Of a DNA stretch of 45,080 nucleotides, positions 1 through 10,689 are shown piece after piece. The translations under genes and the position numbers were made by a program. The DNA lies in contig MU005993.1 in the NCBI GenBank assembly GCA_010093745.1, forward strand, positions 124,001 to 169,080, in the 5' to 3' direction. The stretch is from Piedraia hortae CBS 480.64 (lineage: Eukaryota). The notes under the pieces were generated by a model. The model worked only from the letters and a program-made list of their open reading frames with translations. It searched no databases and was not told the DNA's origin. Positions within the stretch are counted from its first letter, which is position 1. Every line of letters starts with the position of its first letter.

Positions 1-614
1 TCCCCGTTTCTCATGACGACATACTGATGAGATCGTGCTTCCTTTATCCTGACAAATTCACCAAGCATCCTACTGATCTTTGAAAATACAAATGTAATCT
101 GAGGTGTGAAGCTGTTCAGGAATAGATCACTTGACATAACCAGATGCCACTTCCATCCAAAAAGTCCCCACTACCTGTACCCATCCCCATCGACCTCTGT
201 TTCTCATTCTAACATCGTAAACCTTCCAACCCCCGAATTGCCATGCCTGAACGGAAGTTTAGTCCTAGCTGTTACGTAAGCAATAGAAGTCTCGCTAGTA
301 CCACTCACCACCCCTTTAAAGTCTAAGCCGGGGGGTGGGGAGATCGGACTCTCCGCCAGATCGAACAACCAGAACACAGAGCATAAGCTTTTGTCGCGGC
401 GACGATGACTGAGTATATGACTCCCGCTAAGCAGGTCTAGATCATGCCATGTATTTCATTCTGTTTTGAACGCAAATAGTATTTTTTGAAAAGTGTCCGA
501 CTTCAGGGGCTTTCCGACTTCCCTGTACCCCGACTTATCTGAGTTGTCGCTTCATCCAGCGCGTCAGCCTGTCTTTCAAAATCATTTTCATCTCAACACG
601 AAAACATGCTCCAA

Positions 615-950
615 CTCTGATTGGCTGATCCCAACGGCCGCTAAGGGACGTCTAAAAACTGTGCAGGAAGTTCACTTCAAAATTCAGCCAATCAGCGTTT
701 GGTATTTCCTCCATAGCGTTTGATTGGTCGACTCTTTGCGGGCATCAATGGACGTGCGAAAGTGCTAAGAGCCAGCTATGCGGGCGCTGGCCAATCAGCG
801 CTCGCGGTTGTTCGTACCGCGTTTCTGATTGGCTCGTTTCTTGAACACGCTAAGAGACGTCAAATTTGTAAGGAGTCAGCATTGCAAACTATGCGCGCAT
901 CAGCCAATCAGCGCTCGTTATTGCTAATATAGCACTTCTAATTGGCCGGC
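615..950. repeat. Degenerate ~103-113 bp tandem repeat built on alternating inverted CCAAT boxes
   Basis: ATTGG at 620, 723, 828 and 941 alternates with CCAAT at 688, 791 and 904. Shared flanks include (CAG/GG)CCAATCAGCG and GCTAAGRGACGTC. Confidence 0.75.
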
Positions 951-1079
951 TCCCTAAGAACACTACGAATGCGCAAATTTCTGTTACACAATTGGGAGAA
1001 AGTTTGGGCTACGGTTTTCGAGCAGCTATCCACTATAGCAGGTAGATGTGGTTTAGCAGCAATGGAGTAGAAAGACATT

Positions 1080-1256
1080 GGCTAGAGGAGTTTTATCGAT
1101 TAAATTCTGACTTAGCGGCAAGTGGCTAAGTACCGCTAAGTGGCTAGGTACGGCTAACTGAGAGATAGCGGCTAAACTTGGACTTGACGTCTGAACTTCG
1201 GCTAAATGGGAGAATAGAGGCTAAAACTAGACTTAACTGCTAAATTTCAGCTGAGT
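1080..1256 (+). repeat. Cluster of short GGCTAA/GCTAAG motifs
   Basis: About ten GCTAA/GCTAG words (tggctaagtaccgctaagtggctaggtacggctaac..., cggctaaacttggacttgac, aggctaaaactagacttaac). Confidence 0.5.
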
Positions 1257-4200
1257 GGAGGACAGTGCTTGAATGTTGACTATTCTAAGGTGAATCGTTG
1301 CACAAGATTCAACGAGATGCTCTGCCATGCACACTACCTAAAAGGACGCGTGGAGATGACAAAGGCCACAGAGAGCACAGGTGCCAGGCTGAGAAGGCAG
1401 ATCTTGATCAGTTAACCGTCTGGAGCCTATCATTCCTACGGTAGTTAGTCGAGGCCACAACATTGTAGAGCATTGATCGTTTTTCACAAGGTTACATACT
1501 TGATTTGCATCCACGCTCCTGTCTTTAAGTCTTTCTATTCAGCTTCGGAATGTAGTGCTCAATCTAAAATTTGGCTGTACATGGCTTAACATTCTTGCTT
1601 CCAAACAGCACGAACACAAACACCAAACACCAAACACAGAAATAATCCAGCCATATTGGTATGGCCCTGGATTATCTTGACAGCGACAAGCTGCCAAATT
1701 CATTGTGCGAACTGTATTGTCTTGGCTCAACCATAATTCTACCTTTATCGGAATTTTATTAGCCATAACTTATGAGACTCACGAAGGCAAAGGCTTTTGA
1801 GAATCAAAATTTCTATTGTTGTCTCCCGATAGTCAGGTGGCGCACCTACCACCACGTTTCCTTCGGCAATCACAAAGTTACAGCCCGTCACTGTGCGCAC
1901 GATGCATTGGAAAGAGATCTTCTAGAACATCATGCAGATTGAGCAAACTGCAGAGATCAGCGAACCCCGTAGGCCTGCATGCAGTCATGATGCTTTGCTT
2001 CTTGTATAATCAGCCAGCTGTCCCTGGTTGCTCTTTGCGTGATATGCGGGTCTCCGAACCTATGTATCTCTTCGCACGGGGCACTAGTTTTGTTCATGGT
2101 ATGGTAGCAATCCATGTCCTGTGACCTGCCATGGTCTAGTCATTGCCGGGGAACGAAACCAGAGTTGAAAAGGGTCCTCTGATATCGCAGTGGTGTTGTA
2201 TTCTGTGACTATGGAAAAATGGGAGTGCCAAGACTTCCCACCTCGACAACGTGGTCGGCCATGACATCGCCCTAGAGGGAACATGTGGCAGCAGGGAGCC
2301 CGGACCGTAACAAACACTTGTGGAGAGGTGCACGATGAGCGGGCTCGGCAAAGTGACAAAACGCCGCTACCGGGAAAACAAATCGACAACCTAAGGGTTC
2401 GGAAGTGCACATTAGCTTGGGATACTGCCGGAATCCGACCCCAGCAACGGTAAGACGCATGGCTGCATGGCACCTTCCCTCCCAGCACAGCGTGCAGGAA
2501 GGCCTGGGTTCTCCAAAAAACCGGATGCAGCAAACAATATTTCCTGAGATAGTCTCTGAGAATTCTGGTAGACTAGTTCCTCAAACAGGCTTCAAAAAAA
2601 GTTGTATACAAGAATTCACGGTGCGAAAGCCCCTTTGAAGGCGCAACTACCAATATTTCTATCTCAATGGAGATACAGCGGTGCATTCTGGCCTGAAGAG
2701 AAGAGACTGCCCCACCCTCTTTCCGGTGCACGAAATTTTAGATAATAGAATACCGTGAATGTGCATCTGGAAATGCACAAAGAAGATGCGGTGCTCACGA
2801 CAAACTCTTCGCCGCCGGAATGAAAAACCATTCTCCAAGACAGAAGCTTCTCCTTCAATCCACCTCATCCGTGGGAAGTAATTCATCTCAAAAAGATTTA
2901 TTACAATGACATACGGTGTTGAGTATATACAACCATCCCCACACAATCCACCATACACCACAGGAAGAAGGTTAACAAACCTTCTCCCACCATCACCGCC
3001 TCGTGCTCACTACCCCATCGGAAGATGTGACCCTGCCAAGCTGATCCAAACGTGGTACGTCACAACCACAAACCCCAAGGAGTTCTATTTATCCAGACAA
3101 AGGTCAATCTGCAACGTACCTGGCCTCAACCAAGATTAGGCTCATATATCCCTTCTTTCGGAGAAAATATATTTGGATGAAGTTCTCTGCGTGTACCCCC
3201 GAGCCCAACGGGAGTGATTACCAAGACGGCAAGGGCCATCCTGATTCACCTGGCCAAAGTTTCTCGCTGGATTCTCAAGGCAGTCTGTGGGCATTGCGGT
3301 CTCATGTCCCGATCGCAATGGAGGTTCTATCGATGCTGCTTGGTACGTTTCAGGTGGCAGTACCGGTTTACACAATTGGGCTGGGGTCGCCAGACATCAT
3401 CCAGCCGGAAGCTCACGAAAATTGTGCCCTTGTCCTGGCTCGGGCTAACTTTAGAAGCCATGATCTATTCATACTTTCGAAACTTTCGCCGTCCCTGCGA
3501 CGCTTTAAATCTTGTCTCATCGCCAATGCGTTGATAAACAGCATCGCCGGGCTGCTATTTTCCATCAGGCAAGTTTGGTGGAAGTCTGGTACGTCTCCGC
3601 AACAAACATCGCGAAGCGAGCGTACACAGTCAAAAGGCCAATCACATCAGCCATGTACTTTACGTACTTTGCGTACAATATCAGGCTCGGCTAGAGCCCA
3701 CCGCCGATCGGACGTGTTCTCGTAATAATGATAATGAATCAATTTGAAGTGCTATGTGATTTCCCTTGCAGGGCTATGAGCACTATGTCAATGTTAGATG
3801 TCGCGAGCAAAATTTTACCCACGGCTGCTGCCGGAGGTATGTAAAACCTCGCTTCCTTCACGCTCGTCATCTACTCTTTAGTGCTTGCCTTGGAGTGCTC
3901 TCGCAATAACACTTACAACATCCATGTCCCGGTATATATGATATATTGTCGACTTTCCGCCGACACCACGTGGTAAGGGCTTTCATCAAGGATTTGTGCA
4001 TTGAAGGTTAACGATGTATAATATTGTCTGCAACGTCCTATCAGCAGTGATCAGATTGGTTCGGCAAGCTCCCGAGGTTGGAACTGGATCAACCGCAACG
4101 AGAATTCTCTGGAGAGACGGAAGGGAAACAGGCACGCACCAAAGCCAGTGTAAAAAGTGGAAGAGGATGTTGGGTGGTTGGGGCTGAGCCCGGAGTGCGG

Positions 4201-5882
4201 AAGCATTCCCAGGTCTTGGGTTTGAGTTGATATTTCCTGGGAGATTTTCATGGGGCCGACCTTGCAGAAGTCACTACATTAGTGACCAAGGAGCTTTGGG
4301 AGTAGGTTTTGGATATATTTGTGAGGTGATGAGGAGATTGATTATGACGATAGGCTAGGGAGGCACAGGACAAGGTTTGACTGTATTGATAGGGATTGCA
4401 AGGCTGGTTGTGGCGCGGGTTGGGTGTTTGGAAGTATATGTGCGCAGATGGTTATATGATGGGTTTGGTTTTCTGCTGTTGCAAATGCCAGCCTAAATAT
4501 GGACGGAGTCCTTTCACCTGGGGGATATCGGTAGATATTTGTTCTTCTCGTCTGTTTCACTTCCAAATTTCCTCTTTCATCACTCGAGCTCTCTGTGGGA
4601 CTCGATACTAGTGATATTTGAGGGATTTAAGTTACAAGCTTTGCAAAATGGTCTGCGTTAGAGCACATCTAAGATGAGTAAGGTTGGAGGTAGCAGCTGG
4701 TCCGCCCGGATTGAGAGGAAGGAAATGAAAACATCCGTGAAAACGAGAGCGAGTCCTAGAATTACCGGGGATTAGCAAATTTCAGAGCAGATCCTTCGAA
4801 GAACACAAAACGCATCTCCCTCTGAAATGTTTGATTTACCGGCTTAAACTCTTGGAAGCTTCCATCAAACTTAAAGGAATTTCTTGAAAAATTCCTCGCA
4901 CAATCCAACATCCTCTGCACCAACCCTGAACCCAAAAATCGCAAAGAAAGCAGTGACCTAACACCCATGGATCGTCCCCAGGAATTTTGCTCCCCCAGCC
5001 TCAACAGGCATTCTCTGCAAATTCCCATGTTCTCTTTACCCACCACTCCATTCCCGCAAAGAACACGAAAACCCACCATTCCAACCCCGCGAAAGATCAG
5101 CCACCCAACCCCCACCCCCCTTCCCCTCCTGACAGCCAAACCGTATCCAAGAAGTTGCCACGTCATCCTCCGCGCGGCAATTCTTCACACCCCCAAATTA
5201 GAATTCCAGACCCCATCCACATCCATTTAGCGGGAGGATACCCGTGCATGCCGTTGGCAGGATCTGTCGCTGGAGAGCTTCGAAAAACGTCTCCCATAAT
5301 ATTTTCTTCGCTCTTAAGCGAGGCGGTAGGGGGCCTTAGCGGCCTTTTACCTGCCCAGCCCACTTACGAAGTGACGAGCCAGTGAGCTGGCACGGAGGGA
5401 TGATTCGCTTCTCATCCTACGTAGGCCTGATTCCTGGATCGATACTCGTGACGTGTAAGGGGACTTTCCTGTGCGTAGCCTCGACATTGTCACTTGGTAC
5501 AGATGGTGCAGATAGCACCCCATGAAAGAAAAGCCAAATGTGGGTTGAAACCCGCCTATTTCTACACGTTCTTCGACCTGCCTCTTATCGTAGGTGAAGG
5601 AAACAGATCGCACGATGTCATCATATCACCAACCACATCGATGGAACATGAATATATCCCGCAGAAGGATACAGACTAATTGTCAACGACATGGAAATGC
5701 TTTGTTCTTGCGTCAGTGTGGGCAAAGAGAAAGTCCCTACACAACAGACCCTCGTGCTATGACGTGTCTCATCATTTCCTCTCCTAAAGCACACCACACA
5801 GCACACCACACGAAACAACCAATCCCGAACTGAACCTCATAACTTTTCCATCCGCGACCACCTCATCGAAACTTTTCCCAAC

Positions 5883-7379
5883 CTACCAAATCCTTCCCTC
5901 CGCAAGCTCCACACACCTCACATTCGCCGCCAACTTATTAACCGTCTCCATGAACTCCTCCGTCGGGTCCGAATCAAACACAATCCCCCCGCCCGCTTGC
6001 AGATAAACTTTCCCCCCCTTAACGACCATCGTCCTAAGCGCAATACACGTATCCATCTCTCCCTCCCCACTTTGCGAATCATAACCCCAATACCCCACCG
6101 CACCTGCATAAACACCCCTCTTCTCGCCCTCAAGCTCCGCAATCAACTCCATAGCCCTCACCTTCGGCGCGCCAGAGACGGTGCCGGCTGGGAAAATGGA
6201 CCTAAAAGCCGCGAAGCGGGTTTTATCATCCCTCAACGTCCCGGACACCTCCGAGACGAGATGTTGTACGTGCGAGAATTTCTGCACGACCATGAGCTTG
6301 TCTACCTGGACGGATGTGGGGTCGCAGACGCGGTTAACGTCGTTGCGGGCGAGATCGACGAGCATGACGTGTTCGGCTTTGTCTTTGACGCTGGAGAGGA
6401 GGGTTTCGCTTAAGGCTGCTTCTTCGGTAGGGCAGCGGCCGCGTTTGACGGTTCCCGCGATGGGGTGGGTGACGACTTTGCGGGAGGAGGAGGTCTTGAC
6501 GAGAAGTTCGGGAGAGGCGCCGATTATTTGGAAGGTGGTGCAATTGATGTAGAAGAGGTAGGGGGAGGGGTTGACCGTACGGAGTTGACGGTAGATGTTG
6601 AAGGGGTGGAGATTCGTGGGTCGGGAGATGCGTTGGGAGGGGACGGCTTGGATGATGTCGCCTTTTTGGATGTGCGATTTTAGGTTCTTGACGTGAGATT
6701 CGTAGCCGGCTTGGCCGATGTTGCTGGTGAAGTGTTGGCCCGTTTGGATGGGGCCTTGGGTGGGTAGGGGGACGGAGGGGGATTGGAGTTTGGTGAGTAA
6801 AGATGTGATGGTTGCGGTGCCGGAAGAATATTGGGTTGGGAGATCTTGGTCGATGTGGAGGTAGGTGATTACCGTGGCTACTTGGAAGAAATGGTCGACG
6901 GCCACGATGGCGTCGAAGAGCATGAACAGACTCTCGGGAAGTTCGAGAATGTCTTTGAGAGGTTTTGCCGTGCGAGGCTCGAAGTAGCGAACGCAGTCGT
7001 AGCCAACGTAGCCGATTGCACCACCGGTTAAGGGTGGGAGACGGAGGAAGGGGACATCGGCCACACGATACTTGGATAGTTCCTCTGCAAGACGAGGGAG
7101 GGGATCCCCCTCGAATCCGTGCTTGGGTCCCGAGACCAGAGTCTTCCTCGGATCGCAGCCAATGAAGCTGTACCGTCCAATCGTCTCCGACGTGGCGGCG
7201 GACTCAAAGAGAAACGACGACTTGTGACCATTGTCGCCATCGGTGACCTTGAGATAGATGGCAGAAGGCGTCAAAAAGTCGCATGGGATGGAGGCGCAAA
7301 TGGGAATCAGATTACATCCGTCTTTATGTGCGCCCGACGCAATCTCGCGCACCTCGTCAAGAGACGGACGGATGGACAT
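5883..7379 (-). CDS. TRP2: Anthranilate synthase component I
   Basis: Motifs SFLFESA, GRYSFIG, GGAIGYVGYD, NPSPY, HPIAGT, KDKAEHVMLVDLARND, FPAGTVSGAPKVRAM and QAGGGIVFDS. The ORF-track start at 7430 is GTG. The first in-frame ATG is 7379; a spliced start at 7458 is also possible (see findings). Confidence 0.97.
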   Translation of the reverse strand: MSIRPSLDEVREIASGAHKDGCNLIPICASIPCDFLTPSAIYLKVTDGDNGHKSSFLFESAATSETIGRYSFIGCDPRKTLVSGPKHGFEGDPLPRLAEELSKYRVADVPFLRLPPLTGGAIGYVGYDCVRYFEPRTAKPLKDILELPESLFMLFDAIVAVDHFFQVATVITYLHIDQDLPTQYSSGTATITSLLTKLQSPSVPLPTQGPIQTGQHFTSNIGQAGYESHVKNLKSHIQKGDIIQAVPSQRISRPTNLHPFNIYRQLRTVNPSPYLFYINCTTFQIIGASPELLVKTSSSRKVVTHPIAGTVKRGRCPTEEAALSETLLSSVKDKAEHVMLVDLARNDVNRVCDPTSVQVDKLMVVQKFSHVQHLVSEVSGTLRDDKTRFAAFRSIFPAGTVSGAPKVRAMELIAELEGEKRGVYAGAVGYWGYDSQSGEGEMDTCIALRTMVVKGGKVYLQAGGGIVFDSDPTEEFMETVNKLAANVRCVELAEGRIW

Positions 7380-7645
7380 TGTTCCTAAGCGATTGGGCGT
7401 GGAGAGGTCAGGAATACAAAAATGGCACACATATACCTAGACGTGGTCGAAATTTCATGCGTGTTGATGTTCGGACGATACTCGGCCAATCAGAGGCTTC
7501 GGTATCCTGGAAGCATAACGACGTTTTTCCTAATGCGGTATATCTGGTCCGCTTACCTCAGCAACACGCACTTCATACAGACAAGAGGATAGCCAGACCT
7601 GTAGGACGCCAACTCCTCGCTAAAGTACAGCCCGTCATGTATAAA

Positions 7646-9367
7646 TTACTCGTCAACGTCCATAGTCTCCCCACCATCAGCCCTGGCAGAGATACGGTTG
7701 AGATCGTCCTGAGCCATCTTCTCGCCCACCGCTTCCGTCATGGTCTCGGGGACGACCGAGGATGACACGGGTTCCCGAGACATGATTGAAGTCTCCTTGG
7801 CAGACTCGACAGCACCTGCATCCTCATCCTCTCCGTCCTCGATCGTCACTTCGGTGATGTCAATCTCCGGAATGTCGCCGGTCCCGGCCGTGATTACGGG
7901 AGAATTGCTGACACCAACCTGATGGCTCCCGCGCAGCCTTCCATGCGGACGGTTCCGCTGCACGCCCACAGTCTCGGCCATTTCTTCGTCGTCGGAATCG
8001 TCTTCTTCTCCGTTTTGTTGCTTGTCCCAGAGTCTCTGCGTGTATCGCCTGTCCTTGTTTGCATCTGCATCCTCGTCATCCATGGCATCCTCAACGTCTT
8101 CCATCGATTCGCCGTAGCCCGGAGGGTGTCGAGGCACGTCGTGCATCTGAACAGACGGCACAGCTTGTGTCCTGCGAAGGTTTTCATAGACCTGTGTCTT
8201 GATGCGTTCGAGATACTCTGGAGTGTTGAGGTTTTCCATGTTGGAGGGCTTGACATCAAGCTCAAACTCAGGAGCGTAGTATTCGTAGTAGTCGGTAAAG
8301 GGCAGCTCCGAGGGCAGATCAACCCCGACCAGGGCACTGGTTTCATACGCCCAGGTGCGTGCCACGTTGCGCATCGTGTAGCCACCACCGCCCAGGACAA
8401 GCGTAGGCAAGTCGAACGACTTCACGAACTTGACGCAGTTGGCATGGCCGCGCATGCTGAGGTTGAAACAGCCCAAGCGGTCACCCGACAGAGAGTCACC
8501 GCCACACTGCACCACGACCGCAGCCGGCTTGTAAAACTCCATGACCCAGCCAATGACGGGCTCAAACACGCCCTTGTAGGTCTCGTCGTTCATTCCGTCA
8601 CGAAGAGGAAAATTGACGGCATGGTACTTACCCGTTCCCACGCCAATGTCCCTCAGCTCTCCGGTGCCGGGAAAGTACTCCCCGTACTTGTGGAAAGACA
8701 CCGTCATGACGCGGTCGGTGCTGTAGAAAGCCTCCTCGACACCGTCCCCGTGGTGCACATCAATGTCCACGTACAGCACGCGAGGATGATGGCGGAGAAG
8801 CTCCAGAATGCCGAGAACAATATCTAAAAATCAGCAAGAGATCAAAGAGCAAACAAAGTGATTCTCACCGTTGACGTAGCAAAAGCCGCTGGCCTCACTC
8901 TTCTTGGCGTGGTGCAGTCCGCCGGCCCAGTTGACGGCGATGTCGCATTTCCCACGGTTCAGGCGCGCCGCTCCCTCCATGCTGCCGCCAGCACTTATGC
9001 CGCAAAACTCAAAGAGACCGTCAAAGACGGGACAGTCGTCGCCGACATTGTACTTGCCCTGTTCGCGCACATAATTCTCCATATTGTCCGGGGTAACTCG
9101 GGAAAGGAAGTCGACGTAATCGTCGGTATGGAACTGAGACATTTCAAAACGAGTTGCCGGCTTCGCACGGTAGATTTCCATTTGCTTGTAGAGACCGTAG
9201 TTCATAATCAGACTGTGTGCCATTCGGATCCGATGCGGCTTCATGGGATGGCCGGCATTGTACGCATAGTTGCCAACGTCGGAGTCATAAAAGTAGGCAA
9301 TCTTCTTTTGGGAGCCAGTTCCGTTCGCCGCATCGTCGACCGGTGGGTAGTATTGGTGGACGCTCAT
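7646..9367 (-). CDS. RPD3: Class I histone deacetylase Rpd3/RpdA; exons 9367-8869 and 8823-7646; 558 aa
   Basis: Motifs [64 protein letters not shown] and GGGGY, plus an acidic tail. A 45-nt intron (8868-8824, GTGAGA...GCTGAT...TAG) joins the two ORFs in frame. Confidence 0.97.
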
Positions 9368-9592
9368 CTTGAGCAGTGGAAGCTTTGGTAGAGGAGAAAG
9401 CGAATGCCGGCTTTCTATCGTATAAAGCCCAGACACGGAATGGGACTAGCGTAGCCGTTGAGTTCATCTGCAAAGGCACTAGTGTTGCCCGCTTCCCGCC
9501 AGTCAGAATCGAGCCTAGCCAGCTGCAGTTGCGATTAACCGACGTTTACCCGGTCAACTTCAAACAACATCCCTCCGACGACGCTGCCCACC

Positions 9593-10672
9593 ATGGATCG
9601 CTTCACTCGCTTGATGGCTGCTGCCCAGGCGGGCCACGGGGCGGCACCCCCAGGCCATGTAAGTCAAGTCGAGTTCGAGAAACTTGGCTGACACGTAAGG
9701 ACACAAACCTGGTCGACAATGCCGAAACGGTCTACATTTCCTCTCTCGCGCTGCTGAAGATGCTGCGCCACGGCCGGGCCGGAGTGCCGATGGAGGTCAT
9801 GGGGCTCATGCTGGGCGAATTCGTCGACGATTACACTGTGCGGGTGGTGGATGTGTTTGCGATGCCGCAGTCGGGGACGGGAGTGTCTGTCGAAGCTGTG
9901 GACCCAGTATTCCAGACAAAGATGATGGAGATGCTCAAGCAGACAGGAAGGTTAGTGTTTTGGCTCTTTCTGGGCTCCCGCTGACCCATGCAGACCAGAA
10001 ACTGTTGTAGGCTGGTACCATTCCCATCCTGGGTTCGGCTGCTGGCTGTCTTCGGTCGATATCAATACGCAGCAGTCGTTCGAGCAGCTGACTCCACGTG
10101 CCGTGGCGGTAGTAATCGATCCCATCCAGTCGGTCAAGGGCAAAGTCGTCATCGACGCTTTCCGCTTGATTAATCCTCAGACGTTGATGCTCGGACAAGA
10201 ACCTCGACAGACGACTTCCAACCTGGGCCATTTGCACAAGCCTTCGATCCAGGCGCTCATCCACGGACTCAACCGACACTACTACAGCATAGCCATCGGA
10301 TACCGCAAGACGGCCCTGGAAGAGGCGATGCTTATGAATCTACACAAGACGGTGTGGACCGAAGCCCTCACAATGCCCGATTTCGCTACAGAGGGCTCTC
10401 TCACTGCTTCTAGATTACAGAGATTGGTGGGCCTGGCCGAGGGCTACGAAAAGCGAGTGCGGGAGGAGGGCGAGTTGACCAAAGACCAGCTGCGAACGCG
10501 ATACGTGGGCAAAGTAGACCCGAAAAAACACCTCGAAATGGTGGGACAGGAGCTGATGGAAGACAACATTGTCGCCGTTTCTCGTCAAATGATTGACAAG
10601 GAAGCAACGGTGCCCAACCCACCCGAACTGGGCTTCGGCAAAGAAATGGACGTTGATGACGAAGACCTGTAA
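9593..10672 (+). CDS. RPN11: 26S proteasome lid deubiquitinase Rpn11; exons 9593-9658, 9700-9950, 9994-10672; 331 aa
   Basis: [27 protein letters not shown] and JAMM motif [18 protein letters not shown]. Introns 9659-9699 (GTAAGT..GCTGAC..AAG) and 9951-9993 (GTTAGT..GCTGAC..CAG) restore the frame. Confidence 0.97.
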
Positions 10673-10689
10673 TTTTAATAGACGGGGTA

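Noticed and set aside
615..950. CRISPR-like interpretation of the spaced repeats
   Set aside because: The context is eukaryotic, the repeats alternate in orientation and are degenerate, and there are no cas genes.
7922..8827. 301-aa plus-strand ORF opposite RPD3, and similar antisense ORFs over TRP2, ARG8 and VPS39
   Set aside because: Codon-bias shadows of conserved genes on the other strand.
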